Shown: positions 39,011-47,946 of the stretch, in pieces
Layout: every line of letters starts with the position of its first letter
Position numbering within the stretch: the stretch's first letter is position 1
IMG/VR virus record: IMGVR_UViG_3300036853_000446
Location: 248,001 to 312,000 of that record
Strand: one strand, 5' to 3'
DNA length: 64,000 nucleotides
Made by a program: the position numbers and the translations under genes
Notes under the pieces: generated by a model
Databases searched by the model: none
What the model saw: only the letters and a program-made list of their open reading frames with translations
What the model was told of the DNA's origin: nothing

Positions 39011-39395
39011 ATAAACCGCATTGTAAGGCTATATTAACCGTTTTTCGCGGAGTGCTTATCGATCGAAACGTGAGCGCTAGGCACCGCCTCGGTAGGCTGA
39101 TGAGACCTATTTCCCAGGCACGTTCCATGGGCAAACCCTCCCCCGTGCCAATCTAGCGGGGCGGGTTTGTTGGTGTCCAGTATCAGTCGACGATCGCCGA
39201 AGGGGCCTGCGTCCAGACGTTGACGAGTGCGATCATGTCTCGACCTCGCGCCCTTGATGTGATCTGGCAATCTCCCGGAGCCAATCGGGTATGGCCGCCG
39301 TACGTGCGCACCATGTGGGTCGGCCCATTGGACAGTTGCCGGTGTTCGTGGTGTATAGGCCATCATTACTCAGGCCGAAGGTGTTTGATGCCTCC

Positions 39396-39424
39396 GGATC
39401 AAACGGAAGTGCTTGTTCGTACTC
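39396..39424 (+). promoter_or_regulatory. class-1 ECF-like promoter
   Basis: GGATCAAA-N-TTCGTACTC, ATG 39430. Confidence 0.7.
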
Positions 39425-39429
39425 TAGGC

Positions 39430-39735
39430 ATGCGAAACGTCCACGAAGTCCATGGCTGGAAACTCACTCCCGCGATCGGTCGTTCCACCTACGAAGGGAA
39501 GGAGGAAACCATGGCGGTTACCAAGGTCAACTGCGGCCGGGACGGGGACGGTTACCACGTCGAGTCACCGCAAGGCCTGACGTACTTCGTTCAGTTTTGG
39601 GACACGGACCGCAGGTGGACTTCGCAGAAGCTCGTGGGAGAGACCCCGAGCATGTGGCTCGAAAACTCCTCCAAAACGCTCAAGGGCATCCTCGAGACGC
39701 TCCGATTTCTCGCGTGCAAGCGGACTGCCTCGTGA
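39430..39735 (+). CDS. hypothetical protein
   Basis: Start set by class-1 motif (alternative ATG 39511 with strong RBS). Confidence 0.55.
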   Translation: MRNVHEVHGWKLTPAIGRSTYEGKEETMAVTKVNCGRDGDGYHVESPQGLTYFVQFWDTDRRWTSQKLVGETPSMWLENSSKTLKGILETLRFLACKRTAS

Positions 39736-39782
39736 ACGCGCCAGACAGCAACCGCCCGATGACGGATCCGTCAAGGAGAAAC

Positions 39783-40031
39783 ATGACCTTAGAGAAGAGA
39801 GCTGCTGAGGCCCTGCGCAAGGGCGAGTGTCATAAGAAACCCTGTCCATCGAAGGCAAATGCCCTCAAACGAATCGAAAGCGGAAAGGCGGACGCGATGT
39901 CCGTCGACCCATATTCCATGGGCGAGGTGACCCTCATGAATCACTTTGCGATTCGGTTTCACGATCGAACACTCGGCGCGGCGGTTCGCAAGCTGACTCT
40001 TCGCGGCTTCGGACGCGGATCAAACGACTGA
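39783..40031 (+). CDS. hypothetical protein
   Basis: RBS AAGGAG. Confidence 0.55.
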   Translation: MTLEKRAAEALRKGECHKKPCPSKANALKRIESGKADAMSVDPYSMGEVTLMNHFAIRFHDRTLGAAVRKLTLRGFGRGSND

Positions 40032-40045
40032 CGTCGCCCGTACTC
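40017..40045 (+). promoter_or_regulatory. class-1 ECF-like promoter
   Basis: GGATCAAA-N-CCCGTACTC, ATG 40054. Confidence 0.75.
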
Positions 40046-40053
40046 GAAGCACG

Positions 40054-40335
40054 ATGACCCAAGACAAGATGACCGCAGTGGCCGAGCAACTACGAGCCCA
40101 AGGGCTCCGCGTCGCGGTCAAAAGAATCTACGCCTGCGTCGATGGCGTGGCCCGGGACGTCTACTCGCTAGACATCGACACCGGCCGCTTCGGCACGGCT
40201 AGCTGCACCGTTTTCGAGACCGAGATCGACGGTCTCGACGCCGCCAAGTTCGCAAAATCGCTGCGCGCCTCCGAGAAGAAAGCAGCACGTGCCAAGGCTG
40301 CCACCGCGTATTACACACGGTTTTTGCCGAAGTGA
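40054..40335 (+). CDS. hypothetical protein
   Basis: Start set by class-1 motif. Confidence 0.6.
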   Translation: MTQDKMTAVAEQLRAQGLRVAVKRIYACVDGVARDVYSLDIDTGRFGTASCTVFETEIDGLDAAKFAKSLRASEKKAARAKAATAYYTRFLPK

Positions 40336-40380
40336 AGGTCGGGCTGCGGCGGTTGGCTCCCCCAGGGGGTTGGCCGCGGC

Positions 40381-41064
40381 TCAAATGGCTTCACCGCTCG
40401 GTCGAAGCCCGGTGAGCGCCCCTAGGCCAGGTCTCGTTCTACGGGGCAGTTCCGCGGCAACGTCCCATGCGCTCCTCGAGTCCCCCTGTTCGAGCACGAT
40501 CACGATGGGCTCCGGGAGCGGTTCAATGGGCGCCCCCCACTCGAGAGTCCCGCCGCGCGCCTCACGAATCTCGGCGACGCGCCGCTCGACGTTGCGGGCC
40601 CAGACGGCCGTCGCCTCCTCCAGCGCCGCCTCCCGGGAGTGAAACGACTTGGTTCCCGTCTGAGGACGGGGCTTGCCGCTGCGCCGGAGCTTGGGGACGG
40701 CGGCGGGGTTGATGACGGGGGTGAGACGGCTCCCGAGGCCCAACCAGGCGAGCCAGGTGCCTCCCGTGGCTTCGGACGTGTGCCTCACGACGACGTACGC
40801 CTCCGGGGTGCCGAGCAGGAGGCAGCCCGCGTTCTCGACAGCCTTGGCGCCCCCCACGGACGCCGGGGCGACGTAGTTCCAGTCTCGCTCGGCTTCGGCA
40901 CGGGCTCGAGGCTCGCCCCCGTGCTCGTCACAGTAGGCGGAGACGGCGTCAGGGCGATTTCTGGGGCACCGGAGGCGGACCTCGACGGCGTCCCGCGGGC
41001 ACCACTCGTCTTCACCCAGCCATTCATTGCAATGGGTGCCACTGTGGGCAGCTCGCGTCCTCAT
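40381..41064 (-). CDS. hypothetical protein
   Basis: Last of four ATGA-coupled genes. Confidence 0.6.
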   Translation of the reverse strand: MRTRAAHSGTHCNEWLGEDEWCPRDAVEVRLRCPRNRPDAVSAYCDEHGGEPRARAEAERDWNYVAPASVGGAKAVENAGCLLLGTPEAYVVVRHTSEATGGTWLAWLGLGSRLTPVINPAAVPKLRRSGKPRPQTGTKSFHSREAALEEATAVWARNVERRVAEIREARGGTLEWGAPIEPLPEPIVIVLEQGDSRSAWDVAAELPRRTRPGLGALTGLRPSGEAI

Positions 41065-41270
41065 ACTTCTCCCGACTCCTTTCCACTCGAGGATTCAGAG
41101 AGCAAGATCTTACCCGTCGCGAGATTGCCTAGCCGGTAAATGCGCTCAGCCGCGCTGGTGACCCGCCATTTGCCACCGCAATCGTGTGACATGCCTTGAC
41201 GGCCCGGCGAAAATCCCGCGTCAATGTCGGCGACGACCTCACTGCACCGGTCACATGTGCTGTTCTTCAT
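41061..41270 (-). CDS. small zinc-ribbon protein
   Basis: CDRC...HDCGG. Confidence 0.55.
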   Translation of the reverse strand: MKNSTCDRCSEVVADIDAGFSPGRQGMSHDCGGKWRVTSAAERIYRLGNLATGKILLSESSSGKESGEV

Positions 41271-41653
41271 TGCATCCTCGCGTGTACGAGTCGGGCGATG
41301 TGAAGGGTCGATTCAACGTCGCCTCGGCGCGGAGCATGAATGATGGCCTCGGCACTCTCTAGTCCGCAAAGGTCGGTCAGGATTTCTCGACCGCGTCGCG
41401 ACCCGGCAGCCATTTCGAGATACTGGCGGCAATCTTCCACCGTGGCGGCGCATGCCGCGACGTTCGGCCGCTCGTGAGGCATGTCCCAGGGACCCTGCTC
41501 TTCGTGCCGACCATTGATGTTGCAGTGCCGGACAGCGCCGCAGCGGCAGTGCTCGGTGATCTTGACGTTCCCGTGCGCAGCAGGATTGTATTCGGCGCCG
41601 CTGATCGGCGCAGAAAAGGCGTGTGTATCCGAACGAAATACAACGTGACTCAT
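41267..41653 (-). CDS. hypothetical protein
   Basis: ATGA overlaps. Confidence 0.55.
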   Translation of the reverse strand: MSHVVFRSDTHAFSAPISGAEYNPAAHGNVKITEHCRCGAVRHCNINGRHEEQGPWDMPHERPNVAACAATVEDCRQYLEMAAGSRRGREILTDLCGLESAEAIIHAPRRGDVESTLHIARLVHARMQ

Positions 41654-41922
41654 GAAGATTCCTCGCTCGTCTCGATGGTCGCGGAGCACGGCTGCACGTC
41701 GTCATCCGACTCCGTGTCACTCCAGTCGGCGAGTTCGACCGTCGCGTAGCGGTAGTTGCCTGCGCCGGGCCGGTCCGTGTGGATCGGACCCTCGAACGAA
41801 CACACGCGATACAGCTCGCCATCGTCTCCCGGGACGAGGTCCCCAACGTCGGGGAACCCGTTGCCACGCTCGGTGATGGTTGCACGCGCGGTCTGCGAAA
41901 CGGCACAATTACGCTCATTCAT
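41650..41922 (-). CDS. small acidic protein
   Basis: RBS GGGAG; ATGA overlap. Confidence 0.55.
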   Translation of the reverse strand: MNERNCAVSQTARATITERGNGFPDVGDLVPGDDGELYRVCSFEGPIHTDRPGAGNYRYATVELADWSDTESDDDVQPCSATIETSEESS

Positions 41923-42159
41923 GATGTCAGGTCTCCCTGTGAGGACGCTGCGACCGGAGCCGCAACGTCGAGTAGAACCTAAAGATAGCATGGCTCTCTA
42001 GTGGGCGCCAGCGGGGCGGGCGGCCGGGGACTTACGCAATCGAGTCCAGGGTTCAAAAGGCTTCCCGGAGCTGCCTCGCGACCAAAGGCGAATCACGGTC
42101 ATTGTTTCCCTTCCCTTTGGATCCCGTCGGAGGCAAACTCGCACCCCATTGAGGGGTCA

Positions 42160-43602
42160 ATGGCAAAGAGGAAGTCAAAGACGACGAGTGTCCAGCCCGG
42201 TGAAGTGCTGAAGGGGTTTCGCGTCAAACTCAGACCGACCCAGGAGGATCTGCGTTACCTATCGACGGCTCAAGTCGAGCTGATGACGATGTGGAACATC
42301 CTCGTGATAACGTGGAAGACGCACGTCGATTACTGCGTTCGGCATTGCGAGGACCTCGGGCTCATCGGACCCGTACCGCCACGACCGACCTCGGACCAAG
42401 ACACGAACGTGCCCGAAGAGATCGCCGAATGGGAGGAGTACGCGGCACTCTGCCGTGAACGCCGCCGAAGCGCTCGCGAGCAGTGTAAGACCGTCGAGGG
42501 TCTGACACGGCGCGACTGGGCGAATCGAGCCCTCGATTACCACCAACTTGATCTCACGGAGAAGGCTCGAGAGCAGACGCAGATCGATTACCGCGTCCTG
42601 CGGTCCGCCGTGAAGGGCGTCACGACGGCCCATATGGCCCAGGCCGTCATCGAGACTTACAAGGCGTCATTGCAGAAAGGGCGGCCGCCACCGAAGCTCA
42701 AGAGACGCCCGCTCGAGATGCCTCTCTTGCTTCGCAGCGGTAAGGATTTGCTTACGCTTTCAGCGAACCACTCCACCCGAACGACGGCGTCCGGGAAGAA
42801 GCGGCTCACCGGCTCCCACCACTGCATCGTCAAGTTTGGCCCGCTCAAGATCGGGGGACGATTCAACCGCCCGCCGTCGGGTCCCTTCCTCCAGGGCATT
42901 TCGATCGGGCTCGAGAAGGACGGCTGGTACGCCTCCGCGAAGGTCCGGACCCTACCTGAGGATCTGCCGAAGCCAACGAAGGAAATCATCGCGATCAACC
43001 CGGGACTCGAATGCCTCTACGCCGACAATGAGGGTTATGTGATCGAGAACCCACGGGGCAACGCTTACTCCCTCCGGATGCGCGAGATGAGCGATTGGAT
43101 CGACGACGCCGAAACCCAGTGGGACGAAGCCCACCGTCGCAACCATCAAGCTCGATATGCCGAGCGTTTCGCGCGGCACACGGAGGACCTCATCTACAGC
43201 CGCATCCTCCCGAAGCTCGCCGATTACGAGACGATTCTCATCGGCAAGGCCGGCAAAACCGCCGCTCAAGGTCGACAAAACCGCATCAGTAAGAACGACG
43301 AGGGCGGCTACGTTTCGGCCATGAGCTTGATGCAGCAGCTCATCATCCAGAGGTATGGCCTCTATGACCCCGACGAGAATCCGACGGGGCGAGTGCGAGT
43401 GCTGGAGTCCATGGGAATTTCCCGGAGGTGCTCGCGTTGCGGAACCGAGCACGCAACCCGTTATCAACGCAACAATTTACGCCGGTATGACCAACAGACC
43501 GATTGCCAGGAACCCTCGTGTCGGCTCAAGATACACGTCGATGTTGGCGCCGCTCGCAACCTGCTTTCCAACTATCGGGATTTGCAGGCGGCAGCAGAAT
43601 GA
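42160..43602 (+). CDS. compact type V (TnpB/Cas12-like) effector with inactivated RuvC, 480 aa
   Basis: TnpB-like GFRVKLRPT, PKLKRR, GWYAS; RuvC-I IIAINPG (D->N), RuvC-II TILIGK (E->G), Zn finger CSRC...CQEPSC, RuvC-III HVDVGAARNL; RBS GAGGGG; array 2 nt downstream. Confidence 0.88.
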   Translation: MAKRKSKTTSVQPGEVLKGFRVKLRPTQEDLRYLSTAQVELMTMWNILVITWKTHVDYCVRHCEDLGLIGPVPPRPTSDQDTNVPEEIAEWEEYAALCRERRRSAREQCKTVEGLTRRDWANRALDYHQLDLTEKAREQTQIDYRVLRSAVKGVTTAHMAQAVIETYKASLQKGRPPPKLKRRPLEMPLLLRSGKDLLTLSANHSTRTTASGKKRLTGSHHCIVKFGPLKIGGRFNRPPSGPFLQGISIGLEKDGWYASAKVRTLPEDLPKPTKEIIAINPGLECLYADNEGYVIENPRGNAYSLRMREMSDWIDDAETQWDEAHRRNHQARYAERFARHTEDLIYSRILPKLADYETILIGKAGKTAAQGRQNRISKNDEGGYVSAMSLMQQLIIQRYGLYDPDENPTGRVRVLESMGISRRCSRCGTEHATRYQRNNLRRYDQQTDCQEPSCRLKIHVDVGAARNLLSNYRDLQAAAE

Positions 43603-43604
43603 CC

Positions 43605-44869
43605 CTCAGAACGGCAGCGTGGTGCCTACCCTCCCACGACGAGGAGTTCGGTGGCCGCGCGCGATGATGTGCAAGACCTCAGAACGGCAGCGTGGTGCCT
43701 ACCCTCCCACGACACGAGGTCGGAAAGAGTCTCAATCTCGGCAATCTCACGCTCAGAACGGCAGCGTGGTGCCTACCCTCCCACGACGACCTGCGGAAGA
43801 AGGGCCTTCGCCGATCTACTTGGGCTCAGAACGGCAGCGTGGTGCCTACCCTCCCACGACGAAGTGACGTCTACCAATTGGGCTTGGTCCTCTATCACTC
43901 AGAACGGCAGCGTGGTGCCTACCCTCCCACGACTTATGGGGATGAACCGAGAACCAGCCTCGATCGATGTCTCAGAACGGCAGCGTGGTGCCTACCCTTC
44001 CACGATAGCCGCGTCCTCCAAACTGCCGAATCGATTCCGAAACTCAGAACGGCAGCGTGGTGCCTACCCTCCCACGACGGCATCTCCACTCGTTCCCTCG
44101 TCCTCCGGGTATGGACCTCAGAACGGCAGCGTGGTGCCTACCCTCCCACGACTACGGCTGGCGGTCCCCCGCCAAACGAGGTTGGCGTGCTCAGAACGGC
44201 AGCGTGGTGCCTACCCTCCCACGACGAAACATCACGCGCCTGGGCAACAGCATCAGCGTCGCCATCTCAGAACGGCAGCGTGGTGCCTACCCTCCCACGA
44301 CCAACGACATGACCCCGTGGAACCTGTGAGCTTGCTCGGCGCTCCTCGGAACGGCAGCGTGGTGCCTACCCTCCCACGACGGAAAGACTCGTTCGTGATC
44401 CCGAGTCGACCCCCATGCTCAGAACGGCAGCGTGGTGCCTACCCTTCCACGACGAGGAGTTCGGTGGCCGCGATGGTGATGCGCAAGCCCTCAGCATGGC
44501 AGCGTGGTGCCTACCCCTCCACGACTTCGAGCAACACGTCAACGCGCGTATTGGCTCGTTCAGCCTCAGAGTGGCAGCGCGGTGCCTACCCTTCCGCGAC
44601 ACGTCCCCCAGTTAGCGGAAAGCCTCGGTACTGGTCTCAGAATGGCAGCGTGGTGCCTACCCTTCCACGACCACATCCGTGGATAGAGAGTCCCCCTCCG
44701 GAGTCAACCTCAGAACGGCAGCGTGGTGCCTACCCTTCCACGACTTTCCGATCTCGTTAAAGTAGATGCGGACTTATGGCAGCGTGGTGCCTACCCTTCC
44801 ACGACGTGCACGGGTCTTCTCAAAGAAAGACGCCTCAGAACGGCAGCGTGGTGCCTACCATTCCACGAC
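43605..44869 (+). CRISPR. CRISPR array B (18 repeats, 17 spacers)
   Basis: 36-nt CTCAGAACGGCAGCGTGGTGCCTACCCTYCCACGAC at 43605, 43678, 43752, 43825, 43898, 43971, 44043, 44117, 44190, 44266, 44345, 44418, 44490, 44565, 44636, 44709, ~44770 (5'-degenerate), 44834; decay increases away from the gene. Confidence 0.98.
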
Positions 44870-45157
44870 CCAATGCTCATAGATGGCAGACGCCACAGGC
44901 TTACAGAACTGGCTAGGCTTCCCCGATCTCAACGCGCTGGACATAGCTCGCGTCGTCGCTCATCCAGACAGCGATTGCCTCTCCGTTGTCGAGACGCTGG
45001 TAGACGTGGAGTTCGAGGCGAAAATCGAATTCCAGGACGCCGCCCTCGACGTCTTCCTCCGCATAGTCCCACCATTCGGCCATGCTCTTTTGTCGGGCGG
45101 AGCCGACGGCAGTTGCGTGGCCGACGGCCGGCTTTGCGGAGTTTTTGTCGATCGGGA

Positions 45158-45478
45158 TTAGAGCGCCCGCAGGGAACTCTTTAGTTCGGAGAGGACCTGC
45201 TCCGCTCGATCCAAGCCCACTCGAATTACTAGGGTTCGCAGCTGCTCGTCTGTGGACGATCCCTTGGAGGATGGCTGCGTCTCGTCTCGCCGCTGGATCT
45301 CCTGGGTCCCATTCCCCGTTTCCTTCTTCTTGTCCGCGGCGCGGATATTGTAGACATGGCCTGCCGTTAGAGCCATTCCCTGCTTTTTTGCTGCGCTGAC
45401 AAGCTCTTGGGCCGACAGGTTAGGGTTTGAGCGAACGAAGGCTGCTTTAGCACCGAGTTGTAGTTTCCTGCGAGGCAT
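45158..45478 (-). CDS. small basic DNA-binding-like protein, paralog of 37881-38363
   Basis: GAKAAFVRS...AKKQGMALTAGHVYNIRA. Confidence 0.7.
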   Translation of the reverse strand: MPRRKLQLGAKAAFVRSNPNLSAQELVSAAKKQGMALTAGHVYNIRAADKKKETGNGTQEIQRRDETQPSSKGSSTDEQLRTLVIRVGLDRAEQVLSELKSSLRAL

Positions 45479-45626
45479 GGTGGGTAAGACTACCACTTTT
45501 TGCTGCTGCGAGTGAAGGGTCTCTTTACTCCGCCGGGCCGCGGTGCGGTGAGCCTCTCATAGGTACCTTTGCAACGCCTCAAGCCCGCCTCGCCAACCAA
45601 CCAACAGGAGGCAGGCAGTACTCCCG

Positions 45627-45902
45627 CTAACGCGCGCCGCCGTCCGTCTCGGGTCCACGCTTCGCTTCCTCGAGTCGGCGGAGCAGCTCGTCCCCACTGT
45701 CGGCCGTAATCGTCACGTCGTGCCGGCTGATGCAGAGTCCCCAATCCTCACACGTCCGGTGCACGGCCGAATCTGAGAAGCCTTTCTTGAAGAAGACTGC
45801 TTTGACGTCCTCGACGGTGGGGTTCTCGGGCGCGTCTTTTTCTGGCCAGATTTCTTCGATCGTGAACGAATCACAAACATAAATATCGATCCTGAACTTC
45901 AT
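45627..45902 (-). CDS. hypothetical protein
   Basis: EEIWPEKDAPENPTVEDV. Confidence 0.55.
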   Translation of the reverse strand: MKFRIDIYVCDSFTIEEIWPEKDAPENPTVEDVKAVFFKKGFSDSAVHRTCEDWGLCISRHDVTITADSGDELLRRLEEAKRGPETDGGAR

Positions 45903-45975
45903 GACTGCGACTACACCGCCGGGCTCTTGTTCTGATTTTTGGTTTGACTTATGCTGCACGGGCTCTTCTCGGCGC

Positions 45976-46160
45976 GGTTGAGAGGCTGCGTGGAGCCCAC
46001 CCAACTACGACGGTATCATTCGGCTTTTTATCAGGTCCCCCGATCCGGAGTAACTTGCGAGGCTGCGTGGAGCCCACCCAACTACGATATGCCCGTGCCG
46101 ACGTGGCGCTTCCAAGAAAGGTACATTTGAGAGGCTGCGTGGAGCCCATCACACCACGAC
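45976..46160 (+). CRISPR. CRISPR mini-array A4 (3 family-A repeats)
   Basis: Repeats at 45976, 46053, 46125 in the ATTTGAGAGG...CCACGAC orientation. Confidence 0.9.
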
Positions 46161-46250
46161 TTGCTTGGATCGTTGACTTGATAGGTTTTCAACCCTGATG
46201 ACAGGCTTGCACCGATGAACCCGGTTGGCTCGACCCCAAACCCGGGTAAC

Positions 46251-46286
46251 GATGAAATGGCAGCGTGGTGCCTACCCTTCCACGAC
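46251..46286 (+). repeat. orphan family-B CRISPR repeat
   Basis: GATGAAATGGCAGCGTGGTGCCTACCCTTCCACGAC, 3' 28 nt match repeat B. Confidence 0.85.
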
Positions 46287-46348
46287 GGATCTACGGGCGA
46301 GGCGACCGCAACAGCTACCCCAAGACCAAGAGCGGCTTCGGGATTTGC

Positions 46349-46693
46349 TCACGGCGCTGGCTTTTTAATCGGCCCCGAAACGATGGCCTCTCGAAGGCTC
46401 TCGGCGAGCGCCGTGCTCGGACTTGGCATCGGCCTCGGAATGGCCCACGTCCGAGGAGCCTCGACCTGCTCGACCTTGTCGCCGTGCAGGTCGTAGACCT
46501 CCATCACCTTGGTCATCGCGACGTCGCTCTCGTAGTCTTGGGCGATCTGGTGGACGGTTTTCTCTCCATCCGCCATCACGTAGACAGGGAAATCCGTCCA
46601 GTCGAATTTGTCCGTTACGATAATCATGAAGGCCGCGCCTCGCGTAAGGCCTTCCTCGAACCATAATGAGAGCTGTTCTCGAGTAGTGCTCAT
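46349..46693 (-). CDS. phage-type hypothetical protein
   Basis: MIIVTDKFDWTDFPVYV...VMEVYDL. Confidence 0.65.
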   Translation of the reverse strand: MSTTREQLSLWFEEGLTRGAAFMIIVTDKFDWTDFPVYVMADGEKTVHQIAQDYESDVAMTKVMEVYDLHGDKVEQVEAPRTWAIPRPMPSPSTALAESLREAIVSGPIKKPAP

Positions 46694-46749
46694 CAAACGG
46701 CTTAGCCCCCGTCCCATTCTCCACCAGATGATCCCAAGGATGCAAGTCG

Positions 46750-47292
46750 TCAGTCATTCAGCCAGGACATGAAATCATCATCATCTTCCGACTCGGGTCC
46801 CTCGTCTGATTCTCGAGCCTCCGCGGGATCCCGCAGGAAATCCTTCCCGGCCATCGTGACGCGCAGCAACGTCGTCTGGTTCTCCGCGCTCGGATCCCAC
46901 ACGTACGCGGCGGCCACTTTCTCGAGGCCCTTACGCCACCGACCGCGAACCAGGACGCCGGGTCTGTCACCGTTCGACCACTGTTCATACCACTCGAAAC
47001 ACGCGCCCGGGGCCAACATCAAGATGTCGGCGTACCGCCCTCTCGACGTCTTCCGCCTCTCGCCTGTTGTCACGAGGATCCCGGCTTGACGAAGATTCGT
47101 GATCCGAGCCGAAATCGTGTTGTAGCGCTCGCCGCCGAGCAGGTTGAAGGCTTCATCGCAGGTGAAGTTGCCACCCTGATAGAGCACGATGATCCTCTTG
47201 ACGTCGTCATGATCGCTCGTGAGGGATTCGGCAGCGGCCTTGCTGGTCTCGCTATCTTTGATGTAGGGGATCCGTTTTTTATTCTCAGTCAT
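46750..47292 (-). CDS. winged-HTH protein
   Basis: FTCDEA...TISARITNLRQAGILVTTGERRKTSRGRYA. Confidence 0.75.
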   Translation of the reverse strand: MTENKKRIPYIKDSETSKAAAESLTSDHDDVKRIIVLYQGGNFTCDEAFNLLGGERYNTISARITNLRQAGILVTTGERRKTSRGRYADILMLAPGACFEWYEQWSNGDRPGVLVRGRWRKGLEKVAAAYVWDPSAENQTTLLRVTMAGKDFLRDPAEARESDEGPESEDDDDFMSWLND

Positions 47293-47301
47293 CCCAGGCC
47301 A

Positions 47302-47308
47302 TACACCG
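47302..47308 (-). promoter_or_regulatory. class-2 motif CGGTGTA
   Basis: 9 nt before ATG 47292. Confidence 0.55.
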
Positions 47309-47628
47309 GCGCGATGCAAAGCTGATCGCGAGGTGGGCTGCGCCTTGTCTGACTGGTCCCACTCGTGAAGAAGGTCAGAAGCCAAAGCGGCCAGGCATGA
47401 CCACCCCGTGCCGCTAGCACCGGCCAACAAGGACTCCGGCCCCCGTCCGCATCGTCGTCGCTCGAGCTTACGGGGGGCCCGGACGGGTCACCAAGATTCG
47501 AAGGTGCAGCGCCACGATCAAACCGATCGCCGCCGCCGTAGCCCAGCGGTGCGTGACCACGAGCACCCAGAACACAACGAATCCCGTCACTAGGGACGCC
47601 CAATCGAGAGTCCACCGAGTCGCGGCGG

Positions 47629-47874
47629 TCATCGCTTCTCTCCGGGAGACTTGCCCCCGACCCTGATCCTTCTTCGAAGGGCCTCTGCCCGGATTGTCTC
47701 GGAAAACGCCTTGAACGCAGCGTCGTCCAGAGCACTGAGAGGCTCGATTCCTGGATCTTCGAGTTTTTTGTCCAAGGCTTCCGCGATGATCAAACGCGCG
47801 GACTCGACGTGACCTGCTTGGAGGAGCACGGCGAGGGTTATTAGAATCCGCTGCTCTCCGATTGTGAGCGTCAT
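47629..47874 (-). CDS. hypothetical protein
   Basis: GGGTGTA variant at 47886-47892, 11 nt upstream. Confidence 0.55.
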   Translation of the reverse strand: MTLTIGEQRILITLAVLLQAGHVESARLIIAEALDKKLEDPGIEPLSALDDAAFKAFSETIRAEALRRRIRVGGKSPGEKR

Positions 47875-47946
47875 CGGTTCGAGTTTACACCCAAATTTGG
47901 GCGGGTGAAACGCCGAACCGCCTCTCGGTCGGTGGGCAGTAGCTGC

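Noticed and set aside
42001-43602. IS200/IS605 transposon, and the GTG start at 42001
   Set aside because: No tnpA, RuvC is broken and an array abuts the gene; ATG 42160 has an RBS and sits just before the TnpB-like N-terminal motif
43651-44760. Long ORFs across the arrays (also 11836-12306, 17785-18425, 2597-2914)
   Set aside because: They are translations of CRISPR repeats giving periodic peptides, not genes
44895-44930. Possible 19th degenerate B repeat (CAGAACTGGC...CTTCCCCGA)
   Set aside because: The pseudoknot core is missing and similarity is too weak
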